The position numbers and the translations under genes are program-made. Source: Escherichia coli (GTDB lineage: Bacteria > Pseudomonadota > Gammaproteobacteria > Enterobacterales > Enterobacteriaceae). Taken from it: DNA of 64,000 nucleotides. This document shows, piece by piece, positions 45,206 to 54,977 of this stretch. Below the pieces are notes generated by a model, which was not told where the DNA came from, ran no database searches, and was given only the letters and a program-made list of their open reading frames with translations. Where the stretch lies: NCBI RefSeq assembly GCF_003334385.1, contig NZ_QOWN01000012.1, one strand, 5' to 3'. Every line of letters begins with the position of its first letter. Position 1 is the first letter of the stretch.

Positions 45206-45784
45206 CTAAATTTCAGTATACCTTTCCTTCGCTGTAATAAAGTCGTCCGGAGTATCAATATCTAAAATTATTTCTGCATTTTCTATTTCGACGGAATAAT
45301 GATCTCCCATAAGGAGTGCCTGACGCATATTGGTGACATTGGGTCGTTGGATTGCCTGCATCAGGCATGGTTTTGACACTAAAATCGGATGGCCGGGGAT
45401 GCCATTATGGAGTGGCAGTATTGCGCCATCATTTCGTAACGACCAGATTTTTCTAAAAATATCGATGGTGAGGGTTGGCATGTCACCGTGGGTGAGAAAA
45501 CAATGTTCTGTTTGCACTGCGGGTACTGCGGCCTTGACGGATGTTAGTAAACCCTGCGCATAATCTGGGTTGTGAATAATAGTGATATTGCTCTGGTTCG
45601 CATAACGTTCGTGCAGTTCATTACCACGATAGCCGGTGACTAAAATAATTCGGCTACAAAACTGCAACGCATTTTTGATACTTGTATCAAGAATTGTTCC
45701 CTGTTCCCAGGGTAACATCATTTTCCATTGCCCCATTCTTGATGATAATCCGGCAGCGGTAATTATACAGTCGATGGCTGACAT
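45206..45784 (-). CDS. mocA: molybdenum cofactor cytidylyltransferase MocA (192 aa)
   Basis: MSAIDCIITAAGLSSRMGQWKMMLPW, with the MobA-like NTP-transferase motif. Recognised as YgfJ. Confidence 0.92.
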   Translation of the reverse strand: MSAIDCIITAAGLSSRMGQWKMMLPWEQGTILDTSIKNALQFCSRIILVTGYRGNELHERYANQSNITIIHNPDYAQGLLTSVKAAVPAVQTEHCFLTHGDMPTLTIDIFRKIWSLRNDGAILPLHNGIPGHPILVSKPCLMQAIQRPNVTNMRQALLMGDHYSVEIENAEIILDIDTPDDFITAKERYTEI

Positions 45785-45886
45785 AGTGGTTCCATTATTT
45801 ATAGGGGCTAATAACGCCTGATAATTGCGTTACTTCCTGATGGATTAAGTTGGGGATAATTTATCCCAGAGAGGTCATAAAGACTC

Positions 45887-46657
45887 GTGAAAAGTATAGT
45901 TGACCCATCGGCATTAGTCATTGATTTAGGTGCGCAGAAACGTCCCACTGTGATTTCTGTTGTTGGTGCTGGGGGGAAAACCAGCTTGCTTTTTTGGCTG
46001 GCAGAACTGCTCCAGGCTAGCGGCAGGCGTGTGTTAATCACGACGACGACACATATGTTTATGCCAACGTCTCACTGGCCCGTGGTTTTCTGTCGTGATC
46101 CCGCCATGCTTCCTCATGCGTCTCTTACATCCCCCATTTCATTTTGTTTTCACAGTTGGAAAGCGAACCAGGGAAAAGTGCAGGGATTTACGCCAGAAGC
46201 GATTGATGCACTGGTGCAACGACCAGAGTGTGACGTAATTCTCATTGAAGCAGATGGCTCGCGTGGAATGCCGTTAAAAGCGCCTGATGAGCACGAACCT
46301 TGCATACCCAAAAGCAGTTGCTGCGTGATTGCTGTGATGGGAGGACATACTTTGGGCGCGAAAGTGAGCACAGAAAATGTCCATCGCTGGTCGCAGTTTG
46401 CTGATATTACCGGGTTAACACCTGATGCAACCTTGCAACTGAGCGATCTCGTTGCGCTGGTTCGCCACCCTCAGGGGGCGTTTAAAAACGTACCGCAAGG
46501 TTGTCGGCGAGTCTGGTTCATTAACCGTTTTTCTCAATGTGAGAATGCGATTGCACAAAGCGAGCTCCTTCAACCGCTGCAACAACACGACGTAGAGGCA
46601 ATCTGGCTGGGCGATATACAAGAACATCCTGCAATCGCGCGCAGATTTGTGAATTAG
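45887..46657 (+). CDS. yqeC: selenium-dependent Mo-hydroxylase accessory protein YqeC (256 aa)
   Basis: GTG start. P-loop-like VVGAGGKTS. Recognised. Confidence 0.88.
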   Translation: MKSIVDPSALVIDLGAQKRPTVISVVGAGGKTSLLFWLAELLQASGRRVLITTTTHMFMPTSHWPVVFCRDPAMLPHASLTSPISFCFHSWKANQGKVQGFTPEAIDALVQRPECDVILIEADGSRGMPLKAPDEHEPCIPKSSCCVIAVMGGHTLGAKVSTENVHRWSQFADITGLTPDATLQLSDLVALVRHPQGAFKNVPQGCRRVWFINRFSQCENAIAQSELLQPLQQHDVEAIWLGDIQEHPAIARRFVN

Positions 46658-46704
46658 CGGCCCGGGTATTCCGGGTTACTGAAAGGATATCCATTGAGGT
46701 TGGT

Positions 46705-48330
46705 ATGAATATTTTCACAGAGGCTGCAAAACTCGAAGAGCAAAATTGTCCGTTTGCTATGGCGCAAATTGTTGATAGCCGAGGCTCGACTCCCCGCCAT
46801 TCTGCACAAATGTTAGTGCGCGCCGATGGTTCTATCGTCGGTACAATTGGTGGCGGAATGGTTGAGCGGAAGGTGATTGAAGAGTCGCTTCAGGCATTGC
46901 AGGAACGTAAGCCGCGATTATTCCATGGACGTATGGCTCGTAACGGTGCGGATGCTGTCGGGTCAGATTGTGGAGGTGCAATGTCAGTATTTATCAGCGT
47001 CCATGGTATGCGTCCACGTCTGGTGTTGATTGGCGCGGGGCATGTCAACCGGGCGATAGCCCAGAGTGCGGCGCTATTAGGATTTGATATTGCCGTTGCT
47101 GATATTTATCGCGAAAGCCTCAATCCTGAACTATTCCCACCATCAACCACGCTTCTCCATGCTGAGTCGTTTGGTGCGGCAGTGGAAGCACTGGATATTC
47201 GCCCTGATAATTTTGTCCTGATTGCCACGAATAATCAGGATCGTGAAGCCCTCGACAAACTCATTGAACAGCCCATTGCATGGTTGGGGTTGCTGGCAAG
47301 TCGTCGCAAGGTTCAGCTTTTCCTGCGTCAATTGCGTGAGAAAGGCGTGGCTGAAGAACATATTGCCCGTTTACATGCGCCCGTTGGTTACAACATAGGT
47401 GCGGAAACGCCGCAGGAGATCGCCATCAGCGTGCTGGCAGAAATATTACAGGTGAAAAATAACGCGCCGGGTGGGCTGATGATGAAACCTTCTCATCCTT
47501 CCGGACACCAGCTGGTGGTGATTCGCGGTGCGGGAGATATCGCCAGTGGTGTGGCGCTACGTCTGTATCATGCGGGTTTTAAAGTGATCATGCTGGAAGT
47601 GGAAAAACCGACAGTGATTCGTTGTACCGTGGCGTTTGCCCAGGCCGTGTTCGATGGCGAAATGACGGTCGAAGGCGTCACTGCTCGCCTGGCAACCAGC
47701 TCTGCGGAAGCGATGAAACTTACCGAACGCGGATTCATTCCTGTGATGGTAGATCCCGCCTGTTCATTGCTTGATGAACTGAAACCGCTTTGCGTGGTGG
47801 ACGCTATTCTGGCGAAACAGAATTTGGGAACGCGGGCAGATATGGCACCAGTAACAATCGCGCTTGGGCCGGGCTTTACTGCTGGGAAGGATTGTCATGC
47901 GGTAATTGAAACAAATCGCGGGCACTGGCTCGGTCAGGTGATTTACTCTGGTTGTGCGCAGGAGAATACCGGTGTTCCTGGCAATATTATGGGGCATACC
48001 ACCCGACGGGTGATCCGTGCTCCTGCTGCAGGCATTATGCGATCCAACGTGAAATTAGGCGATCTGGTGAAAGAGGGCGATGTGATTGCCTGGATTGGTG
48101 AGCATGAAATTAAAGCACCGTTGACGGGGATGGTGCGTGGCTTGTTGAACGACGGCCTGGCAGTGGTTGGTGGTTTTAAAATTGGTGATATCGATCCTCG
48201 TGGTGAAACCGCTGATTTCACCAGCGTTTCTGATAAAGCCCGGGCGATTGGCGGCGGCGTACTTGAGGCGTTAATGATGTTGATGCATCAGGGCGTGAAA
48301 GCGACAAAAGAAGTGCTGGAAGTGGCTTAA
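46705..48330 (+). CDS. yqeB: XdhC/CoxI-like Mo-hydroxylase maturation protein YqeB (541 aa)
   Basis: 541-aa ORF MNIFTEAAKLEEQNCPFAMAQIVDSRGSTPRH (XdhC N-domain plus Rossmann domains). Recognised. Confidence 0.9.
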   Translation: MNIFTEAAKLEEQNCPFAMAQIVDSRGSTPRHSAQMLVRADGSIVGTIGGGMVERKVIEESLQALQERKPRLFHGRMARNGADAVGSDCGGAMSVFISVHGMRPRLVLIGAGHVNRAIAQSAALLGFDIAVADIYRESLNPELFPPSTTLLHAESFGAAVEALDIRPDNFVLIATNNQDREALDKLIEQPIAWLGLLASRRKVQLFLRQLREKGVAEEHIARLHAPVGYNIGAETPQEIAISVLAEILQVKNNAPGGLMMKPSHPSGHQLVVIRGAGDIASGVALRLYHAGFKVIMLEVEKPTVIRCTVAFAQAVFDGEMTVEGVTARLATSSAEAMKLTERGFIPVMVDPACSLLDELKPLCVVDAILAKQNLGTRADMAPVTIALGPGFTAGKDCHAVIETNRGHWLGQVIYSGCAQENTGVPGNIMGHTTRRVIRAPAAGIMRSNVKLGDLVKEGDVIAWIGEHEIKAPLTGMVRGLLNDGLAVVGGFKIGDIDPRGETADFTSVSDKARAIGGGVLEALMMLMHQGVKATKEVLEVA

Positions 48331-48338
48331 ATGAAAAT

Positions 48339-48364
48339 GGCCGGATGGTATTACCCACCCGGCC
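48339..48364. terminator. hairpin between convergent yqeB and yqeA
   Basis: GGCCGGATGG...CCCACCCGGCC, an imperfect stem. Confidence 0.55.
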
Positions 48365-48370
48365 TTTAAA

Positions 48371-49303
48371 TTACTGACAAATCACCGTTCCTGTTTTGCC
48401 TTCAATCCCTTCTTTCGCTTTGCTCAATACGGTAATCAGTGCTTCACGACCTGCGCGAGAGCGAGCAAACGAGGCGGCAGCTTCCACTTTAGGCAGCATA
48501 GAACCTTTCGCAAAATGACCTTCTTCGATAAAGCGTTCAGCATCACTTAATGACAGGCGATCGAGCCACTGTTCATTCTCTTTACCGAAGTTAATGGCCA
48601 CTTTTTCTACCGCAGTCAGAATGATCAGCATATCGGCATCAATCATTTCTGCTAAACGGGCGCTGGCCCAGTCTTTATCGATAACCGCGCTGGCACCACG
48701 CAGATGGTTACCTTCACGAATAACAGGGATACCACCACCGCCAACGGTGATCACCACCTGACCTGCATCTACCAGAGCTTTAACCGTTTCTTTTTCAATG
48801 ATATCAACCGGTTTTGGCGAGGCAACAACACGGCGATAGCCGCGACCAGCATCTTCTTTCAGAGTGTAACCCTGTTTTGTCAGTTGCTCTGCTTCTTGCT
48901 CGGTAAAGAACGAACCGATCGGCTTGGTCGGGTTGAGGAATGCCGGATCGTTAGCGTCGACTTCGACCTGAGTAACCAGCGTTGCTACAGGTTTATTAAT
49001 GCCCCGAGAAAGCAGTTCTTCTCTTAAAGCGTTTTGTAGATCGTAACCAATATAACCCTGGCTTAATGCAACACAGACAGACATCGGCAGCATTGGCGAG
49101 TGCGCTTCAGTTTTTGCGGCAGCTTCAAAGGCCTGGTTAATCATGCCCACCTGCGGCCCGTTACCATGAGTGACGATAACTTCATGTCCCTGGGCAATTA
49201 AATCAACAATTGCCTGAGAAGTAATTTTTACCGCTTTCATTTGCCCGGCCAGGTCATCGCCCAGCGCATTCCCGCCCAGGGCGAGAACAATTTTCTTACT
49301 CAT
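48371..49303 (-). CDS. yqeA: carbamate kinase-like protein YqeA (310 aa)
   Basis: MSKKIVLALGGNALG..HGNGPQVG, the carbamate kinase signature. Recognised. Confidence 0.93.
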   Translation of the reverse strand: MSKKIVLALGGNALGDDLAGQMKAVKITSQAIVDLIAQGHEVIVTHGNGPQVGMINQAFEAAAKTEAHSPMLPMSVCVALSQGYIGYDLQNALREELLSRGINKPVATLVTQVEVDANDPAFLNPTKPIGSFFTEQEAEQLTKQGYTLKEDAGRGYRRVVASPKPVDIIEKETVKALVDAGQVVITVGGGGIPVIREGNHLRGASAVIDKDWASARLAEMIDADMLIILTAVEKVAINFGKENEQWLDRLSLSDAERFIEEGHFAKGSMLPKVEAAASFARSRAGREALITVLSKAKEGIEGKTGTVICQ

Positions 49304-49350
49304 TTTTCCTCACTCATCATTCTTGATTGTGTATAGATCCCTGGCAGTGG

Positions 49351-50736
49351 TTAGAGCACGGGAGGGACAAACGGTTTGCGTCGCAGGAAACGACCTCGCC
49401 CGGCTTTGCCTGTAAAGGTGCCGTCACAGAAAATCGTTTCACCACGGGATAAGGTTCTGACAATCGCGCCCTGACAGGTAAAACCCTCCCATGGCGAGTA
49501 GTCGGCGTTGTCGTGGAGATGGCGATGCTGAATTTGTTGGCTCTGACGTGGGTCGATAATCACCACGTCGCCGTCGGAACCGGGCGCTAATAATCCTTTT
49601 TGCGGCCACAGGCCAAACAACCTGGCGGGCATTGCGCTGGTTAATTCAACAAAGCGTTCCGGTGTTATACGTCCCGTCATCACGCCACTGGAAAACAGTA
49701 ACTGCATGCGGTTTTCCACACCGGGTAAGCCATTTGGGCAGCGACTGAAATCGCCTTTAGAAATTTGCAGGCGTTGAGCCATCGAGAAGGTGCAGTGATC
49801 GGTTGCCACCACGTCAATCGCACCATCGCTGATGCCACACCACAGTTTGTCCTGCTCGCGTACGTTACGCAGCGGTGGGCTAAGAATGAACTTCATGCCA
49901 TCTTCTGTATCGTAACTGCGTTCGTCCAACAGGAGATATTGTGGGCAGGTTTCAACCCAGACTGGCTGGTGATTCGCACGGGCAAGACGCAGATAATCCA
50001 GACCTAAGCCGTTAGACAGGTGCACGATATAGAGCGGGGCGTTACCGGCAATTTGTGCCAGGTTAATCATGCGGGCGATGGCTTCCGCTTCGCATTCCAG
50101 AGGGCGACTCAAGGCATGATAGCGCGGCGCGGTTAACCCTGCGGCGATAAATTCCGCCCGCTTGCTGGCGATAGCCGCATCATTTTCCGGGTGCACGGTG
50201 GTCAGCGCGCCGGATTCATGCAAGCGGCGTAATGCCTGCAAAACCTCGTCATCGTTGAGTTTGTATTGATAGGTTAAATAGAGTTTAAAACTGCTCAGTC
50301 CTTCCTCGACCATCATCGGGATTTCGTCGAGGATTGCGTGATTAATGTGCTGGATCACACCGTGAAAGCTGTAATCGATGACCGCTTTATGGGCGGCATA
50401 ACCACGATAAACCTCCAGTTGATGGCGTAACCGACAGCCGTTTGGGCCAAATCCCATATGGTCAATAATGGTTGTTGTACCGCCACACGCAGCTGCGCGG
50501 GTACCGGTAAAAAAATCATCACAACTGCGCGCGATGCCGACATCAATATTGAAATGCGTATGGACATCCACGCCGCCAGGGAAAACGTAACAGCCAGTGG
50601 CATCAATTTCTTCATACGGGAGCTGCGGCGAAATATTGTTGCCCAACTGGCGAACAATCCCGCTTTCAATCAGCAAATCCTGTTTGGCTTGTCCATCTGC
50701 GTTAACGACAGTGCCGTTTTTGATCAATACGCGCAT
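49351..50736 (-). CDS. hyuA: D-phenylhydantoinase / cyclic amidohydrolase HyuA (461 aa)
   Basis: ORF 49351..50748, recognised start MRVLIKNGTVVNADGQAKQDLLIE. Motif GGVDVHTHF. Confidence 0.93.
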   Translation of the reverse strand: MRVLIKNGTVVNADGQAKQDLLIESGIVRQLGNNISPQLPYEEIDATGCYVFPGGVDVHTHFNIDVGIARSCDDFFTGTRAAACGGTTTIIDHMGFGPNGCRLRHQLEVYRGYAAHKAVIDYSFHGVIQHINHAILDEIPMMVEEGLSSFKLYLTYQYKLNDDEVLQALRRLHESGALTTVHPENDAAIASKRAEFIAAGLTAPRYHALSRPLECEAEAIARMINLAQIAGNAPLYIVHLSNGLGLDYLRLARANHQPVWVETCPQYLLLDERSYDTEDGMKFILSPPLRNVREQDKLWCGISDGAIDVVATDHCTFSMAQRLQISKGDFSRCPNGLPGVENRMQLLFSSGVMTGRITPERFVELTSAMPARLFGLWPQKGLLAPGSDGDVVIIDPRQSQQIQHRHLHDNADYSPWEGFTCQGAIVRTLSRGETIFCDGTFTGKAGRGRFLRRKPFVPPVL

Positions 50737-50751
50737 AGCAAACTCCAAAAA

Positions 50752-50771
50752 CCCTCCGGCGAACCGGAGGG
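50752..50771 (-). terminator. terminator-like hairpin with U-run 15 nt before the hyuA start (possible attenuator)
   Basis: Minus strand CCCTCCGG-TTCG-CCGGAGGG followed by TTTTTGGAGTTTGCTATG. Confidence 0.45.
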
Positions 50772-50788
50772 GAATAAGTGAAGAGTAA

Positions 50789-52000
50789 TTACTCTGTTGC
50801 CAGCCAGCTTAACGGGATTGCAGCGTACATCGCGGCACAGGTCACCAGGTGAGATTTCCAGGTTTTTTCGTTAGGTGCATGCGCTTCAGGTTCTTTACCC
50901 GGGCCAAAGCCGATCACCGGAATGCCGTGACGGCCCATGATAGATACGCCGTTAGTTGAGAAGGTCCACTTATCAACAACCGGCGCTTTGCCAAACAGCC
51001 CTTCGTAGGCATTCACCAGTGCTTTAACGGTGAAGTGATCTTCTTCCACTTTCCAGGTCGGGAAGTAGCATTCGGTTGGGTAAACCAGGCCAGTCCAGGA
51101 CGGACGGTCGTAGTTGTACATAGAAACAACCGCGTTAGCTTTCTGTACTGCAGGCAGGGCGCGGATTTCGTCCAGCGCGCCTTCCCAGGTTTCGCCCCAG
51201 GTCAGACGACGGTCGATTGAAACTGCGCAGCTGTCTGCTACAGCGCAACGGCTTGGGGATGTGAAGAAGATTTCAGAAACGGTGAGGGTGCCTTTGCCGA
51301 GGAATTCGTCATAACCCAGACGTTGGGAGAGTTCTTGTAATTCGCCAAGAATCGGACCCATTTTGAAAATGGCGTTATCACCGCGTTCTGGTGCAGAACC
51401 GTGGCAGCTAACACCCTGAACATCAATACGAATTTCCATACGACCGCGCTGACCACGGTATACCTGGCAGTCGGTTGGTTCGGTACTGACCACAAATTCC
51501 GGGCGAATGCCGGATTGTTCAATAATGTACTGCCAGCACAGACCGTCGCAGTCTTCTTCCTGCACCGTACCGGTAACCAGCAGGGTATATTCATCTTCCA
51601 GACCGAGGTCTTTAATGATTTTACCGGCATAAACCATAGAGGCCATGCCACCTTCCTGGTCGGAAGTACCGCGACCACCAATCAGTTCATCAGTTTCCAT
51701 GCCTTCGTACGGATCGAAGTCCCAGTTTTTGATGTTGCCAATGCCGACGGTATCGATATGAGCGTCCATTGCCACCAGACGCGGGCCGTGGCCGATATAA
51801 CCGAGAACGTTGCCCATCGGGTCGATTTCAACTTTATCGAAGCCGACTTTTTCCATCTCTTCTTTAATACGATGTACTACGCGTTTCTCGTCGCAGCTTT
51901 CACTGGGAATAGCAACCATGTCGCGCAGGAAGCGAGTCATATCCGCCTGGTAATCTTTTGCTTTTTCAAGAATCAGTTTGAATGGAATATTCTTAGCCAT
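50789..52000 (-). CDS. ygeY: M20-family amidohydrolase/peptidase YgeY (403 aa)
   Basis: 403-aa [38 protein letters not shown], ArgE/DapE/ACY1 type. Recognised. Confidence 0.92.
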
Positions 52001-52057
52001 TATTTTTCTCCAGATTTTTTACTCCCCGTTTTGCAGGGAGCAGTTCCAATAGGGTGA

Positions 52058-53254
52058 TTAAGGTGCTACAGCGTGTTTGCCTTCCCAGACAACTTCGCGG
52101 TAGTGCTTCACGTCGGTGTCGCCTTCAGTGCTGATAACCAGCACCACGGCATCTTTGTTCAGCGCCAGTTTTTCCATCAGGCTTTGACGTTGCGGGTGAT
52201 AATGAACCGCTGCGAGAACGCCCAAACCGACAGCGCCGGATTCACCGGAGATGATGCGCGGGTCGTTGCCGTACGGATTACCCAGCACGCGCATACCTAA
52301 TGCGGCAACGCTGTCCTGGCAGGAGATGAATTGGGTGGCGCAGTTACGTAGGATTTCCCAGCCCAGCGGGTTAGGTTCGCCACAGGCCAGGCCTGCCATG
52401 ATGGTGGCCATATCACCGCCAACGTTGACGATGTCGCCTTTGACGCCGGAGCGATAAATACAGTCAGCTTTGTCAGGTTCAACAATAATGCTGTGCAGAT
52501 TTTGCGGGCTATAGACGTCGACCAGATAACCCAGCACACCACCGGCCATTGCTCCGACACCGGCTTGCAGCAGAACGTGCGTCGGGGTTACGCCCATTTC
52601 ACGCATTTGCTCGACGGCTTCATCTGCCAGGGTTGCGTAGCCTTGCATGATCCAGGTTGGGATTTTGGTGTAACCTTCCCATGCCGTGTCCTGTACCACT
52701 TCCCAGCCGTGCTGCTGCGCGTGTTGCATGGTCAGGCGAACGGTATCGTCATAGTTCATATCCGTGACGATGCACTCGGCACCGAGGTTCAGAATGGCGT
52801 CAACGCGTTCCTGAGCAGAACCTTTCGGCATGTAAATCACCGCATTCTGTCCGAGTTGCTGTGCTGCCCACGCCACACCGCGCCCGTGGTTGCCGTCGGT
52901 GGTGGTCGCGAAAGTCATTTTTTCGCCGATGGCATTTTTCAGGTGCTCAAATGACAGCGTTTCGATATCAAGATGATATTTTTCACACAATAATTGAGCG
53001 ATGGCGTACGCACCGCCAAGCATTTTGAAGGCGTTCAGACCGAATCGTTTTGATTCGTCTTTGACGAGAATTTTCTTCACACCAAAAAGGTTTGCGAGAT
53101 CGTCCAGCGCACAAAGCGGTGTTGGGCGATAACCAGCTATTTTCTGGTGGAACTGGCGCGCCAGTTTGGCCTGGCTTTGCGAAAAGAGCGGTGATGTTTC
53201 GCCGTTGAAAAATTTGTTATCGGCGATATCAATCTTCAATGAGAAAACGGACAT
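52058..53254 (-). CDS. ygeX: 2,3-diaminopropionate ammonia-lyase (PLP) (398 aa)
   Basis: 398-aa ORF MSVFSLKIDIADNKFFNGETSPLF with the PLP-lysine context KDESKRFGLNAFKMLGG. Recognised. Confidence 0.93.
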   Translation of the reverse strand: MSVFSLKIDIADNKFFNGETSPLFSQSQAKLARQFHQKIAGYRPTPLCALDDLANLFGVKKILVKDESKRFGLNAFKMLGGAYAIAQLLCEKYHLDIETLSFEHLKNAIGEKMTFATTTDGNHGRGVAWAAQQLGQNAVIYMPKGSAQERVDAILNLGAECIVTDMNYDDTVRLTMQHAQQHGWEVVQDTAWEGYTKIPTWIMQGYATLADEAVEQMREMGVTPTHVLLQAGVGAMAGGVLGYLVDVYSPQNLHSIIVEPDKADCIYRSGVKGDIVNVGGDMATIMAGLACGEPNPLGWEILRNCATQFISCQDSVAALGMRVLGNPYGNDPRIISGESGAVGLGVLAAVHYHPQRQSLMEKLALNKDAVVLVISTEGDTDVKHYREVVWEGKHAVAP

Positions 53255-53311
53255 ATCCTATCCTTTTGGCCTCTGGAAATAGAGGGCCGACCAGCTGATC
53301 GGCCCGAGGGG

Positions 53312-54502
53312 TTATTTCACGCGTTCTTGCGCTTCTTTCAGCAGTTGCTCGAGCAGTGCACCTGGTTTGGCGTATTTACGGGACAGGATCATCGCGGCGA
53401 TGATATAAGGCTTCCAGCTGGCTTCTTTGTAGGTAGCGATACGGTATTTTTCGAATACGCCTTCAGTCACTTCACCTTCTTTACAGGATACGCCGCTGAT
53501 ATCAGCTGGCAGGCAGTGCATGTACAGGGCTTCGCCATCACGGGTCAGTTCCATCATCTCTTCAGTACAATGCCAGTCTTTGTGTTGCGCGTTCTGTGCC
53601 AGACACTGTTTTTCCAGTGCTTTTAAGCCTTCGTGATCGTTCGCACGCAGCAATTCAGTACGCTCTTCCATCACTTTGTAAGGTGCCCATGACTTCGGAT
53701 AAACGATGTCTGCGTCTTTGAAGGCTTCTTCCATGCTGGTGACCTGACGGAAGCTACCACCGGAGGCTTTAGCATTGTTTTTCGCCACTTCAACCACATC
53801 CGGGATCAGGTCGTAGCCTTCCGGATGGGCCAGGGTGACATCCATACCGAAGCGAGTCATCAGACCGATGATGCCTTGTGGTACAGAGAGCGGTTTGCCA
53901 TAGCTTGGAGAGTAGGCCCAGGTCATGGCGATTTTTTTACCTTTCAGGTTTTCCAGTGAACCAAAGTGTTCACGTAACCACGCGAGGTCAGCCATTGACT
54001 GAGTCGGGTGGTCAATATCGCATTGCAGGTTCACTAAAGCCGGACGCTGTGGCAGTACACCCTGCTTGTAACCGTCATCAAGTGCAGCGCCAACTTCACG
54101 CATATAGGCGTTGCCTGCGCCCAGATACATATCGTCGCGAATACCAATAGCGTCGGCGCAGAAGGAGATCATATTGGCGGTTTCACGCACGGTTTCGCCG
54201 TGAGCGATTTGTGATTTGCCTTCGTCGAGATCTTGTTGTGCAAGGCCGAGCAGGTTAAGCGCGGAAGCATAAGAGAAGCGGGTACGGGTGGAGTTGTCGC
54301 GGAATACGGAAATACCTAATCCACTATTAAAGACTTTGGTTGAGATGTTTTCAGCACGCAGTGCTTTTAATGCTGCGGCAACGTCCAGTACTTGTTTCAG
54401 TTCATCTGGCGTCTGTTCCCACGTTAACAAAAAATCTTTCTCGTGAAGGTGAGAGGTCAGCGAATTGATATCCTTAATCAGCTCATTAACAGTTTTCATC
54501 AT
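53312..54502 (-). CDS. ygeW: knotted carbamoyltransferase YgeW (396 aa)
   Basis: 396-aa ORF MMKTVNELIKDINSLTSHLHEKDFLLTWEQ with the STRTR carbamoyl-phosphate motif. Recognised. Confidence 0.93.
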   Translation of the reverse strand: MMKTVNELIKDINSLTSHLHEKDFLLTWEQTPDELKQVLDVAAALKALRAENISTKVFNSGLGISVFRDNSTRTRFSYASALNLLGLAQQDLDEGKSQIAHGETVRETANMISFCADAIGIRDDMYLGAGNAYMREVGAALDDGYKQGVLPQRPALVNLQCDIDHPTQSMADLAWLREHFGSLENLKGKKIAMTWAYSPSYGKPLSVPQGIIGLMTRFGMDVTLAHPEGYDLIPDVVEVAKNNAKASGGSFRQVTSMEEAFKDADIVYPKSWAPYKVMEERTELLRANDHEGLKALEKQCLAQNAQHKDWHCTEEMMELTRDGEALYMHCLPADISGVSCKEGEVTEGVFEKYRIATYKEASWKPYIIAAMILSRKYAKPGALLEQLLKEAQERVK

Positions 54503-54592
54503 AAAGTCCCGGTAGTGGAATGACAGGCAAAGTGGTTTATTTCACTGTGACTTGCCAAAGTGATTGGTGTTTTCACAGCTATACCTGGGACT

Positions 54593-54608
54593 AACAATAA
54601 GTGTGCCA
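54593..54608 (-). promoter_or_regulatory. weak sigma54-like element upstream of ygeW
   Basis: Minus strand TGGCAC-ACTTA-TTGTT. The -24 element is perfect, but the -12 element reads GT where GC is expected. Confidence 0.25.
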
Positions 54609-54804
54609 GAATTATCCGCGCGGCTGCAAAAGACTAATTTGACGGATAATGTGTGGGGTTGATCACAAATTGATGCCAGCTTCTGGTTGTTTGTAAAATA
54701 CGAAAACGTTTGGCTTTTTTTATCGCGTTATTTATTTGCTGCTAAGTATCAGAAATAAGATAAAGGGGCAGGCTATCTCTCTTCAGTTTGATAAACTCAC
54801 CGCC

Positions 54805-54823
54805 GTAATTCTCATATTGATAT
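54805..54823 (+). promoter_or_regulatory. shared purine-cluster motif copy 2 (GTAATTCTCATATTGATAT)
   Basis: Identical 13-mer core to 29773..29785. A second TGATAT lies 13 nt downstream. Confidence 0.45.
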
Positions 54824-54977
54824 AGAAATGTGATATCTCTTCCATAATTTCATTAGAAAATGATAAAAATCTTATGTTTTTATCAAAGCCAATTTCGCCT
54901 GAGTTAATATCATCATGATCTGTGAACCATCAACGTCTTCAATGATCGACTTTTAAGTAAGTCTGGAAGGTAAAGCT

